A stretch of DNA of 64,000 nt from Octopus bimaculoides (GCF_001194135.2 NC_068981.1:28530864-28594863); one strand, 5' to 3'. Shown: positions 25,206-37,786, counted from the first letter of the stretch. The notes: generated by a model not told the origin, from the letters alone. Numbers and translations: made by a program.

Positions 25206-26650
25206 TATATTTGTTTTCTACACCACCTGTCTTCGTCTGTTGTTTTTTTGTGAATTCTCCCTATATATATGTGTGTGGGGGGGTGTATCTATCTATGTAT
25301 ATGTATATTGAAAATGAAACGATTGAGTACTTAGTATAGGCTTAAATTTAGATACCACCAAAGGTCAAATTTAACATTTTTCCTTCTGGGATTGATAAAA
25401 CTGAAGATCTTCAGATTGTTTCTTCTGCGAGTTGACACAATCGGAGTGAGTTTCACCATCACCATCGGGAATCCATGTCTTCCATTTGCTCTGATAAGTC
25501 CTGGTCTCATAGGAACCAAAAGTTTGGTTGAGCACTAGTTCACAAAATTAATTACGTGAAACCCATTGTTACAGACTTATTGATAGATTGATTGTGCTTT
25601 GCGTTAGGGTTCTGTTGTCTGTCATAGCAAGCAGAAAATTCCAGCCCTAATAACTTTAGCTCCCGTATCCTTTACAAGTAGAGACTGGGCTAGGAAATGC
25701 TAAAGCAGAACATCCAAAGAATAGCACGTAAACACAAATTTCACACATGGAATCAATCATTAGAGTAGGTCTAAATACATAAAAATAATTTTAGTTCCAC
25801 CGAGGGTGAAGTAGCCAATGTTGATAAAATAAGTTATAATTGTGTATAGGCTAGTCACATAGTGTTTGCTATTGCACTAACAGTTTCTAAAATCGAAGAC
25901 GTTTCGAGAACTCGGCACGCAAAGTAACTACTTTTATCTGCAACGCACTTTATACTTATACTTATAAGAGTTCATTGTGAATGGACAGTCAGAATCGGAA
26001 CAGCAATGACAATGTTTAAAACTACTATGTTGCTTTGTCATTATTCCAACTACTTCATGTAAGATTTCAGAATGCAAGTTCAAATGAAACCATTTGGCAT
26101 CGAATCAAGTTTATAGTGTTCCAGGAGCTGGATACGATACTGAGCGAAATACATGACAGATGATACCTGGCATTAAACCAGATTCACTGATTAAACTGTT
26201 ACTTATATTCAAGTTGTATTTGGAAGATTGTGTTTGCAAATAAAGATCTGTAGTTCAATGTACATTTGAAAACTTCTATCGATTTATTCCTTAGACACAC
26301 TGCAAGAAATGTGAAACAGAATGGGGTGGTAGTGAGATTTTGTGATGTGTATGATTTACTCAACAACTTTAATCGATGATACACGTGCCGGGAACTGTTT
26401 TTAACTGTGAATCGAACCCATAAAGGGGTCTCTGCCCACCAAAATCTTATTTCTTGCTGTTTATTGCTTGCCTATTAAAATGAATTGAAGGTAGTCAGAG
26501 AAGTTCAAAATGATTCATCTTTGGGGAAGCAGTGAGTTGAGTTCTTAACAAGATTCCATTTCACAACCAAACTAGATAAAAAAAAATGGTAATGGAAAGA
26601 AAAAAAAATGGTAGGATAACAACTAAACATTGTGAAATAACTTATTAACA

Positions 26651-27520
26651 ACTAGCCTAAGTACCCAGCATTGCTCGGAAGTTTAAAGTATGTAAAAGTA
26701 AATAAATATATTTATTCTGATAAAAATTGTATATTCAGAAAAATTCTATCAGATGACGTGAGTATAAACCAAGTTATTCAAACAAATTTTGAAATCAATC
26801 ACAGTTTAATTTTGTAGAACTTCTAAATATACGATGTTTTCAGTGTATCCTTTAATTGGGATACAAATAAAAAGCTTTGGGATTTCCAACTCGCGAATAT
26901 CCTAAATATAATTGCCCATGAGAGAAGCAAAGAGAAGCAAAGTTAATTCTAACAAACTTGAGAAATTGCCCTTGAGATTTGTCTATCGACATAGCAAAAC
27001 TTAGTTTCACTGGGAACTGGAGCCGTTTAAATTCAAATAATAGGTCAGATGTGATTAATAGGATCCGTGGAATGATAACATTCTCACCCTTATGTTTCCC
27101 AGTGATAATTGCAGCGTCTAGGACATAGGGCTGCATCACTATCGCCACCAATCTGGTGAGGTGGATCCAGATTCCTGAGCAGCATTGTTGGGGCCCCCTT
27201 TTTAAGTGTTAAGTTGTGAGGTGGCATCTCAGATGGCTGTAGAGAGTTTAGGAACTCAGCAGGAAAAAATACAGCTTGTTCTTGATCAATGACAGTGTTG
27301 ATGAATTTGAAATACTGTTCTTGTCCTGACAACGGCTGCAAGAGATCCCAATTGATTTTGTCGACGGCATCATTACGCGGAGCTAAGATGGCTCGCTCAC
27401 ATAGCCATTGACTGTTGCTAAAATTCTGTGCAATGTTTGGAAACACATGCATTTTGAGATCATTAACAGTTGGTACCATCTCACCACAAGGTAGCTTGTG
27501 TTGCTGTTGCAATTCTCCAA
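26651..27520 (-). mobile_element. Helitron 3' fragment: PIF1-like helicase C-terminus plus 3' terminus
   Basis: Two frameshifted ORFs give WLCERAILAPRNDAVDKIN...FPAEFLNSLQPSEMPPHNLTLKKGAPTMLLRNLDPP and IITGKHKGENVIIPRI...FEFKRLQFPVKLSFAMSIDKSQGQ...CFSHGQLY..YSRV (Helitron RepHel helicase motifs). The - strand ends in hairpin ccgagcaatgctggg followed by CTAG|T at 26652. Confidence 0.92.
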
Positions 27521-28143
27521 ATAAATGATAGCAAAGTGTGTATCAAATGAAATTAAAATCCTGGTTCAGTGACAGATCGATGAAATTTGTAAAGTTTTAA
27601 AGCTTTTGATAACAACATATTCTCTGTTCTAATTAAATATTGAAAAAGTGAGAAAATGCCACCCTCTCTTTTGCAAGAGAAATTAAGTTAGCTTGGCTCG
27701 TGTAGGGTGCATGACATCGCCTCTAATCCTTTCCAATGTTTAATATCTACATGTACGGCCTTTAGACCTTTACGGAGAGCAATAAGAGGGTTAAGGGGGA
27801 TGCTCGGGAAAGGGGGGTGGATGGTAGAGGAGAGTGTCCTCTAACTAATTTTATTAGGTCCATTCCACGAACAATTATTTGAATAAGTCAAGTCGATATC
27901 ACTAACTTATGTCACGAGGATATTGAACTTTAAAATTTATAAAGTTTATCGTATAAATTGAAAGGTATTCTACAGTGTATATTGCCTAAAGGACCTAATG
28001 AATGAATGACTTATATCACTGTAATAAGAGTTTTCACCGGGCGTGCGTCCGTATTGTAAATATTTACCTTTCTCAACCCCACTTCTCCTTTACTCGGGGG
28101 TGTAATTGATAAGGGTATAGGGAAGGGTATTGAAACGGCCGAA

Positions 28144-28194
28144 GCCTCCCCCACATTCGGCAGGGGAGGCGTCGTCCTCTCTTTGCTGGCTAGT
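28144..28194 (+). mobile_element. Possible Helitron 3' terminus on the + strand
   Basis: GC hairpin gcctcccc/ggggaggc (28144-28170) followed by CTAG|T at 28190-28194. The 19-nt spacing is longer than typical. Confidence 0.4.
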
Positions 28195-28453
28195 ATGTAA
28201 TGTTAGTTATCAGCATACAGTATTTTGTTTTATCTCTATCCAATTATAATTATTCACATCGGATTTAAAATAGAAAATATCCAGTGTTAATAAGTCGAGT
28301 TGCTCCAAGAATATTAAAAATAGGTAATGTAAGTATATAATATTTTTCAATCCATATTCAAGAATAAATACTCACAACGGATTCAAATGTGAAATATCAA
28401 ATGATAATGAGGCGAATTGTTCCAAAAATATCCAAAATATGTATTGCAAAATA

Positions 28454-28696
28454 CAGTTCTATATTTAAGAGATGAGGAATTATGTACAGTATTTACATTA
28501 GTTGCATTTGGCGGATATTTTTCCTCATCTTCTTTGTTGTTAACATAACGTTTCGGCTGATATACCCTCCAGCCTTCATCAGGCGTCTTGGGGAAATTTC
28601 GAACCTGGGTTCTCATTGCTAAGGTATTTTTCGGTGTTCAGGTCACTGCCTGGAATCGAACTCGGAATCTTGGGGTTAGTAACCACTACGCCATAT
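28454..28696 (-). mobile_element. tRNA-headed SINE-like element carrying a hammerhead ribozyme core
   Basis: The - strand begins tggcgtagtggtt (A box) ... gagttcgattcc (B box), then a CTGATGA/GAAA core and a 10-bp 3' stem-loop. Confidence 0.75.
28542..28587 (-). ncRNA. Minimal type I hammerhead ribozyme motif
   Basis: GACGC-CUGAUGA-A-GGCUG(gagggtatat)CAGCC-GAAA-CG-UU-AUGUU. Stem II is a perfect 5 bp; stem III is the palindrome ACGU; stem I has a C.A mismatch next to the core in this copy. Confidence 0.65.
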
Positions 28697-31470
28697 TTTG
28701 GTGAAATTTTCGTTAGGGAAGACGATAGTCAATGGCCTTATACAGAGCTTCTCTGACTGGCGGGAATAAGGGAGATGTTATCATCACACCAGTGACCTAG
28801 TGCGAATTCTTGCAACAGAGTGGAATCTGCTAAAGGAACGCCAGATTCCCAGTGTCGTTGCTGAATCGGATGACGGAGTAAATTATCACCCAAGCGAGCC
28901 AAGGCATGATTTGAACTTCGAACGCAAGGAGGCGGAAGAAATTCCGTAAAACACCCAGTCCGACACTCATGCACTTCCGCCAACCTACCGCCTTCGTTTG
29001 GTACATTTTTAACCCTTCATGAAAGATAGACAGCAAGGTTGACTTCAACGGGATTTGAACTAACAGGGCAGAAGTTCGGACGAATAAATACTGTCCGAAG
29101 TTTTAATAACTCGGCAATACAAAATCTACAGTAATTTGAAACCCACAGAACGTATACGGTTTAGAGCAAGTATATGCAAATATTTACTGCAGAATATTTT
29201 GTGCGACGCTCTAACGGTTTTACACGCTAGCACACTACTAGTAAATGATAATACAACTAATAATGATAGTCTCCTTAATTTAACACGAAGTGTTATGTAG
29301 AAAATATTTAATTATTTTTCTGAACGTGTCAATTCACAGTCAGTTGCGAAATACGAACTCACGTCGATCTGAGGCCAAAAGACTTTAGTTAAAACTCACG
29401 TGCCAGTACCCAATACACTGGTTTGTAGTGCTTCTATCAAACACCAAATCAGGATTATATTTCTTTTATCGTATCGTTTTATCAAAGCCACTACTTTCGG
29501 TGTTTCTGGAATTCTTGTGTTTTATATGAAGATTTACGTGAGCGCGTAAGATTATGCTCATATATATACATACAAACATACAAACGCACACATATTTAGA
29601 TACACACGTACACGTATATGAACACATAGACATATTCATGCACACATAAATATATAAAGTATGAGTGTGTTTGTATGTGTGTATGTTAGTAGGGGCGCTA
29701 ATTCGTGTAACCCTAGCCTTATCTATTCACCTTCCGCCAGTCATTAAATTCTCATTGACTAGAGTAAAACTCTGCAGTCTACACTATTAAGTTACTTTTC
29801 GCCATGTTGTTTGAACATCGTAGAAGATGTTATCAGGGAACATCGAGTTCTTCTAAGCAACGTATGATGACATTAGCTGCATGAGTTATATTAATAGGCC
29901 GTGCACTTTCAAAGAAGCGTACCCTAAGATAATAATGATAATAATAATAACACTAATACTAATAATAATAGTAAGGAAGATGATGATGATGCAAGATAAA
30001 GATGAAAATAACTTGAAAAATGTAAAGTAAAAATATATACATTATTCGACTCATCATGAAAATCATTTTATTTTTTTCTCTCACTGACCTGCAACAAAGA
30101 GTGTAGTGATAAGTCTATAGAACAGTTTACCTCGTAGCATTTATTAGAAAAAAAAATAACTAAAAGAAAAATAATTACCTTGTATGCTTGTAGAAAAAAA
30201 TACTTATACTATAGCTAGTGGTTCATATCATGTAATAATGGATTAAATAATGTTGTATGTTATGAAACCACTATATTTTAAGAAGGGTTAGTGAAGAAAG
30301 AATTCTAAGCACAGAAAGTGAAAGAGCAACCATTGAAAGTATTGAACAGGTAGAACAAGCAAACTTGAAATATATATATGCGTGCGTGTGGGGACGAGCG
30401 CGCGTGTACTTGTTTGTTGCGCTATTTTTGGCCGTTGTTAACATATTTATGATTGCAAATGTATGTGTGAATCAGTAAGCTTTTTTTGTATGCGTGCAGA
30501 TATATAGCGAATAATATAAAAAAAGATACCGCTTTATATATACACACACACACACANNNNNNNNNNNNNNNNNNNNNNNNNNNNNNNNNNNNNNNNNNNN
30601 NNNNNNNNNNNNNNNNNNNNNNNNNNNNNNNNNNNNNNNNNNNNNNNNNNNNNNNNNNNNNNNNNNNNNNNNNNNNNNNNNNNNNNNNNNNNNNNNNNNN
30701 NNNNNNNNNNNNNNNNNNNNNNNNNNNNNNNNNNNNNNNNNNNNNNNNNNNNNNNNNNNNNNNNNNNNNNNNNNNNNNNNNNNNNNNNNNNNNNNNNNNN
30801 NNNNNNNNNNNNNNNNNNNNNNNNNNNNNNNNNNNNNNNNNNNNNNNNNNNNNNNNNNNNNNNNNNNNNNNNNNNNNNNNNNNNNNNNNNNNNNNNNNNN
30901 NNNNNNNNNNNNNNNNNNNNNNNNNNNNNNNNNNNNNNNNNNNNNNNNNNNNNNNNNNNNNNNNNNNNNNNNNNNNNNNNNNNNNNNNNNNNNNNNNNNN
31001 NNNNNNNNNNNNNNNNNNNNNNNNNNNNNNNNNNNNNNNNNNNNNNNNNNNNNNNNNNNNNNNNNNNNNNNNNNNNNNNNNNNNNNNNNNNNNNNNNNNN
31101 NNNNNNNNNNNNNNNNNNNNNNNNNNNNNNNNNNNNNNNNNNNNNNNNNNNNNNNNNNNNNNNNNNNNNNNNNNNNNNNNNNNNNNNNNNNNNNNNNNNN
31201 NNNNNNNNNNNNNNNNNNNNNNNNNNNNNNNNNNNNNNNNNNNNNNNNNNNNNNNNNNNNNNNNNNNNNNNNNNNNNNNNNNNNNNNNNNNNNNNNNNNN
31301 NNNNNNNNNNNNNNNNNNNNNNNNNNNNNNNNNNNNNNNNNNNNNNNNNNNNNNNNNNNNNNNNNNNNNNNNATATATATATAAACTTTCGGATCTTTAC
31401 TAAGGTCCGACTTCCTTACAAATCTCAAACTGTGGCATGCGGGATGCTGCATATGCGAATAAATATCTAG

Positions 31471-31805
31471 AAATTAGGGAATGGGGTAGATAAAATCTAA
31501 GCTACATATGTTTCATAGCTAGCGGAACCTAGGAAGTAGTAATTATCCATACGACGGGTAGGCCGTACCCTACACTTCAGGCCAAGGATATCTTGTTTAC
31601 ATGAAGTTTAGATTCTCGTTAGGAGCCCACCTGCGAGTTAAGAGGGGATCTCCTAACGACAATGTAAACTTCATGTAATCAAAGTATTCATGACCTGAAG
31701 AGTCGCTTGCGGTCTACTCCCTCGTTTAGATAATTACTACTTCCTAGGTTCTGCTAGCTATCAAACATATATAGCCTGGATTTTATCAACTCCAGTCCCT
31801 AAGTT
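31471..31805. mobile_element. Fold-back MITE-like element (about 150-bp imperfect arms, 24-nt loop)
   Basis: 31475-31625 is the reverse complement of 31650-31801 with scattered substitutions; ends read TA-GGGA...TCCC-TA. Confidence 0.75.
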
Positions 31806-31995
31806 TTGTGTGTGTTGTGCAAGCCACGGTCATCATAGAATACGAGCATAAGCATAGATGATATATGTATTTTATAATTATTCTATAATTTTTTTGTTTT
31901 GTCTGTCCAACATAAAATTTCTGTGCATTTTCCTTTCATCATTTTGATGCTTTGTGGAAAAAAATAACTGAAGCTTTCCATTATGAATATATTTA

Positions 31996-32435
31996 CGAGG
32001 GGGTACCTAAAAGAAACTGGAGGCAGAACCGTTAGCACGCCGGGCGAAATGCTTAGTAGCATTTTGTCTGCCGTTATGTTTGATTTCAAATTCTGCCGAG
32101 GTCTATTTTGCTTTTTATCCTTTCGGGGTCGATTAAATAAGTACCAGTTACGCACTGGGATCGATGCATTCGACTTAATCCCTTTGTCTGTCCTTGTTTA
32201 TCCCCTCTATGTTTAGCCACCTGTGGGCAATAAAGAAATAAATATTATTTTGACTTAGTTTTATATGTTTACACTTTTATCGCCGTCAAAGTATATTCTC
32301 CATTTGAAGCAATGCATCGGTCCAGATGCATTTTCCATAGTTCGAAGCAGTGCTGGGATTCTTGCAAAGTGATACCTTTTAACGCCTCCGTCGTTTTTTT
32401 TTTTTCTTCACATCTTCCACATCTGCAAATTCCAC
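31996..32435 (-). mobile_element. Mariner 3' fragment interrupted by a SINE
   Basis: TA + TIR CGAGGGGGTACCTAAAAGAAACTGG. The - strand 32260-32430 encodes ADVEDVKKKTTEALKGITLQESQHCFELWKMHLDRCIASNGEY.DGD (mariner transposase C-terminus). Confidence 0.85.
32021..32242 (+). mobile_element. Family B SINE nested in the mariner end
   Basis: ggcagaaccgttagcacgccgggcgaaatgc ... cctttcggggtcgattaaataagtaccag ... gtgggcaataaagaaataa. Confidence 0.9.
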
Positions 32436-32766
32436 CAGTTTTCGTCACCAGTGATGATTTAACTCACCAAGTCAGAGTGAGTTAGGTTCTTTAACCCTCG
32501 GTAACGGAGTAATGGGTTATTGATGAATATTAATAAAATCTGAAATCAGCGCTGATATGACTCCATTTTGCTTTTCTCTCTTGTCAGTCGTTAGAAAATT
32601 GACCTTAAATGGTTAAGAGTTGTTTTGATTCTTATTTCTAGCAATGCTATCGCTTACTAGCAATCTCCGCCACTTTAGTGACGTCTATACTTGTTGTCTT
32701 TCGGTTGTAAATTGCAAAAAGCCACCTTAATTTACACACACACACACACGCACACACACACACACT

Positions 32767-32798
<32 letters not shown>

Positions 32799-32803
<5 letters not shown>

Positions 32804-33545
32804 AATACTCTTGTCCTGAACGACAAATGAGGGTGGCTTCAGTAAAATAAAGCGTTAATCATGTTCTTTGAAGACAAAGGTGTCTATTGAGGCCTACTGG
32901 TGCCTTGCAAACCTTTTGGCAAATGCAAAAAGTTGAAGACACGGTTTACTTCAGTGCTTGTGGATCATTCACTATGTGTTTTCTTGGTAAAACGGCAAGG
33001 TCTGCTTTGCTCGTGCTACAAAACCACAATGTCAGTTAAGAGGAGCAGCGTTTTGCGAGCGTGCTTGCACGAAGTTGGTCCTGATGCTGGAGTCGACATT
33101 GCTCAAATCTGTCAACTGAGGAGAAGCAGGATTGGCGCCAGATCCTGCGTTTTGATGCTTTGTTTTCCCAGGGAGAAAAGGAATGTAGCATCGCTTCAGA
33201 TTGTCTTTTAGTTTGTCTTTGAAGCGCAAGAATGGCCTTCCAACTGACCTTCCTGTTGAAAATTGGCCAAAGAGAAGTTGTTTCGGAATTCTGATGTCAA
33301 TCACACGTGAGAGATGACCGGACCATCTAAGCTGTATTTTGATGAAGATAGCTTCAGTATGTTGCATTTTCTTAGTACCTCACTGTCATGAATATCGTCA
33401 CTCGGTTTTATATGGGAAAGAGTACGCAAGCATCGCATATGTAAAGTGTCAAGCTGGTTGATGTGCTTTCGGTACAGAGTTCAAATTCAGCACCGTACGG
33501 CAATTTTGTCAACATCACTGACTTATACACATCGACTTTAATACC
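32799..33545 (-). mobile_element. RTE-clade LINE 3' fragment with (TA)n tail
   Basis: Frameshifted translation KVDVYKSVMLT.LPYGAE...EAIFIKIQLRWSGHLSRVIDIRIPKQLLFGQFSTGRSVGRPFLRFKDKLKDNLKRC (RTE/BovB-type QLRW.GH, R.PKQLL.G, GRP..RFKD..K), then decayed zinc-finger-like motifs and a 3' UTR ending at the microsatellite. Confidence 0.9.
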
Positions 33546-33665
33546 TGGGTTCAGTCCCATTGCGTGGTACCTTGGGCAAGTGTCTTCTACTATAGCCTCT
33601 GGCCGACCAAAGACTTGTGAGTGGATTTGGCAGACGGAAACTGAAAGAAGGCCGTCGTAAATATG

Positions 33666-33698
<33 letters not shown>

Positions 33699-33908
33699 AT
33701 ATGTCTGTGTTTGTCCTCCCATCATCACTTGAAAACCGATGCTGGTGTGTTTACATCCCCGTAACTTAGCGGTTCGGCAAAAGAGACCGATAGAATAAGT
33801 ACTAGGCTTACAAAGAATAAGATCTGGGGTCGATTTGCTCGACTAAAGGCGGAGGCGGTGCTCCAGCATGGCCAGTCAAATGACTGAAACAAGTAAAAGA
33901 GTAAAAAA
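33543..33908 (+). mobile_element. Family A SINE (5' truncated) with internal microsatellite
   Basis: gggttcagtcccattgcgtggtaccttgggcaagtgtc ... gaaactgaaagaaggccgtcg (TA/TG)n ... aaggcggtgctccagcatggcc..gtcaaatgactgaaacaagtaaaagag. Confidence 0.9.
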
Positions 33909-34833
33909 GTATATATATATATATACTTATGCATTTACGTTTGTATAAACATATATATTAACATATGTGTGTGCGTGTGTGTGCGTGTGTGTGCGTGCGT
34001 GTGTGTATAGATGGATAAATAGATAGATAGATAGATAGATAGATGATAATTATATACGTATGCATATATATGCTTGTATGTTTGAGTTATTCTATCGATA
34101 ACTATTTGCACTTCGATTGGCATAGCCACTTGATAGATATGTGTATTGACAATTGACACAGGACAGTTTTAGTTATATGTTACGGAGCAGTAATCAGTCT
34201 ATTTGTTCCACTAACGGTTCAACCGCTTTTACACTGCAAAACTCATTAGACGAATTTGACAATTAGCGTAGCTAACATTCTAAGATGGAGCGGAATCGTG
34301 ACGCGGCCATTGACGTTCTGATTATTTCGTTATGAGCCTATAAGTCTACGATAGTTACCGCTGGTATTGTAAAATTGATGCAAAAAAACCTGCTGTTGTT
34401 GTTTGTGGATGTGGTGGTAGCTGTTGTTCTTGTGTTTAGCTGTCGTGAATTCTATGATATTGGTTTCAGGTTTACTTGGCTGTCAATTTCACTTTGTAAT
34501 GTCTCTTCGTGTGCCAATCTACGTAGGTTAAGTTTGAAAAACACAAAGACAAACACAAAAACACAAAGCAACAAACGAAAACAATAACAAACACACACAC
34601 ATAAAAAAAAGAATGAAAAAGAAATAAAAATAGAGATCAAAGTAGAAAATAAGAACAAATAACTGAAGCATTACTGTCCTCGTAAAGTGCAACCATGCTG
34701 AAATTCATTGGAGAGAGCGACTGACTACGAAGGTGCGTTCGAATCTGTGCAAGTGTTTATCTCTATGTGTATGGAAATGTGTGTGTGTATGTATATACAC
34801 GTGCGTGAGCGGTCGAGAGAGAGAGAGAGGGAG

Positions 34834-34870
<37 letters not shown>

Positions 34871-34883
34871 NNNNNNNNNNGAG

Positions 34884-34920
<37 letters not shown>

Positions 34921-35133
34921 ACGCGTGTGTGTGTTCGTGTGTGTGTGTGTGTGTGTAGCTGTGTGTACAAGCGTTTGAGCATGTGTAGGTGCGTGTTTGT
35001 GCGTGCATGTGGAAGACAGAGAAAGAGAAAGAGAGTCGTTGAAAGAGAGTGGGCAGGTTGGGAGATAAATAGATAGATAGTTAGATAGATATAAATAGAG
35101 AGGGAGAATGAGAATGGAAGAGAGCAAGAGAGT

Positions 35134-35171
<38 letters not shown>

Positions 35172-35354
35172 GGGATGGAGGGAGGAAGAGATAAAAAAGA
35201 CAATAGAAGGTAATTTTAGCATTAAACATGTCTTCCTTTCATAGAATTCAATGATAAACATATATAAAATAAATTAACTGACTTGAATCAACAAAATGTA
35301 TTCTTCAAAACAATACTACAACTAATAATACTAACAATAATAACACCACATACG

Positions 35355-35432
<78 letters not shown>

Positions 35433-35488
35433 TTGCTACTGCTGCTACTACTACTACTACTACTACTACCAGCACCACCACTACCGCT
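35355..35488. repeat. Compound (TAC)n/(TGC)n trinucleotide repeat
   Basis: Seen directly; explains the poly-L ORF. Confidence 0.95.
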
Positions 35489-36286
35489 ACTGGTAATAAT
35501 GATAATAAGAATAATAATGGTAATCGCTCAGAAACATTTCTGGTTGATTAAATTTAAAGCGTTCGATTTCTTTTTTGTAGTAAAATTTCTTGAACAGAAC
35601 ACAAGAACAATAACACCATGAGTAATAAAAGGAGGGGGTGGAGGAAAGAAATATAAACAAATAAATATTCTCTTTTACCGTTTTTTTTTGTTTTTGTTTT
35701 TGTTTTTTTCTTTAAAGATATATTTTTCTTCTAGTTTTCGAGCAGCAGAATAAGGGGAGGGGGGTGAAAATGCCTGATTACACAAATACAGAGGTACGTT
35801 AAAGAAAAATATACACACGCATACTTCCTCAAGTCATTGGGCTAGAAAATAAAATTCCGACTATACTCATACCATCTCAATAATTATAGAATAAAACCCC
35901 CGGTGTATGCTCTTACCATCTCAATAGTGAAAGTAGAAAAAAAAAAAAAAGAAAAAAGGAAAGGAAAAAGAAAGCAAAGGAGATCAGGAAGAAAAAAAAT
36001 GCAAAATTGCTGAGGAGCTACAATCTCCTGCGCCGGTTTTATTCAGAAACGTCAGCGGCAACTGCTGGTGTATATATATATATATATATATATTTTCTAT
36101 GCACTCATGTTTTTTTCTCTTCTGCTTTTGTTTTGGTACAAGTACTTTTATAAACTTTTATGAAGATTCTAAACGACTATGTTCATTCGGGTTTTATGTC
36201 TCAGACTTCGTTTATAACGGGTTTTAACGCAGCTGAAATAAAAATCGTCATGTAGATTACGTTATTACTATCTTTTTTTTTATCAG

Positions 36287-36332
<46 letters not shown>

Positions 36333-36536
36333 TTTTTGAAAGTATACGTGATGAATGTTTGTTTGTATACATGCAAACAAAAATAAACACATGCGCACAC
36401 ATAGGCATAAAGACAGATGCTTGTGTGCGCGCACAAAAACATAAGCGGTCACATAAATATAACATGCATTTATGTTTATGCGCATATATATATTATTTAT
36501 GCATACATATTTCCTCTCTAATTCTTACACTCGCTA

Positions 36537-36569
<33 letters not shown>

Positions 36570-36574
<5 letters not shown>

Positions 36575-36869
36575 CGTAGGAGTGACTTTTGGTAAGAAGC
36601 TTGCTTCCCAACGACATGGTTACGAGTTCAGTCTCACTGCGTAGCACCTTGGGCAAGTGTTTTCTGCTACAGCCTTGGACTGACCAAAGCCTGGTGAGTG
36701 GATTTGGTAGACGGAAACTGAAAGAATCTCGTCGTATATATATACATATATGTATGTATTTATGTATCTATTTGTGTGTCTGTGTTTGTCTCTTCCACCA
36801 TTGCTTTACGACCGATGTCGATGTGTTTACGTCCCTGTTACTTACCTGTTCGGCCTAGGAGCCCGATAC

Positions 36870-36940
<71 letters not shown>

Positions 36941-37100
36941 TGTGTGCATGTTTGTCCCCCCACCCCATCATCACTTGGAAACCGATGTTGGTGTCCCTGT
37001 AGCAAAAAAGACCGACAGAATAAGTACTAGGTTTACAAAGAATAAGTCGTGGGGTCGATTTGTTTCACTAAAGGCGGTGCTCCAGCATGACCGCAGTCAG
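36570..37100 (+). mobile_element. Family A SINE with partially duplicated tail
   Basis: Head ataggcgtaggagtgac..ggtaagaagcttgc and B box gagttcagtc. Two partial tail copies are separated by (GT)n. Confidence 0.85.
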
Positions 37101-37745
37101 CATATNNNNNNNNNNNNNNNNNNNNNNNNNNNNNNNNNNNNNNNNNNNNNNNNNNNNNNNNNNNNNNNNNNNNNNNNNNNNNNNNNNNNNNNNNNNNNNN
37201 NNNNNNNNNNNNNNNNNNNNNNNNNNNNNNNNNNNNNNNNNNNNNNNNNNNNNNNNNNNNNNNNNNNNNNNNNNNNNNNNNNNNNNNNNNNNNNNNNNNN
37301 NNNNNNNNNNNNNNNNNNNNNNNNNNNNNNNNNNNNNNNNNNNNNNNNNNNNNNNNNNNNNNNNNNNNNNNNNNNNNNNNNNNNNNNNNNNNNNNNNNNN
37401 NNNNNNNNNNNNNNNNNNNNNNNNNNNNNNNNNNNNNNNNNNNNNNNNNNNNNNNNNNNNNNNNNNNNNNNNNNNNNNNNNNNNNNNNNNNNNNNNNNNN
37501 NNNNNNNNNNNNNNNNNNNNNNNNNNNNNNNNNNNNNNNNNNNNNNNNNNNNNNNNNNNNNNNNNNNNNNNNNNNNNNNNNNNNNNNNNNNNNNNNNNNN
37601 NNNNNNNNNNNNNNNNNNNNNNNNNNNNNNNNNNNNNNNNNNNNNNNNNNNNNNNNNNNNNNNNNNNNNNNNNNNNNNNNNNNNNNNNNNNNNNNNNNNN
37701 NNNNNNNNNNNNNNNNNNNNNNNNNNNNNNNNNNNNNNNNNNNNN

Positions 37746-37786
<41 letters not shown>

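Noticed and set aside
25370-25545. - strand ~60-aa open frame (YETRTYQSKWKTWIPDGDGETHSDCV...)
   Set aside because: No start, donor or family motif recognised.
34829-34920. gagggattg(tg)n gcgt duplicated across a 10-N gap
   Set aside because: Typical assembly overlap at a placeholder gap.
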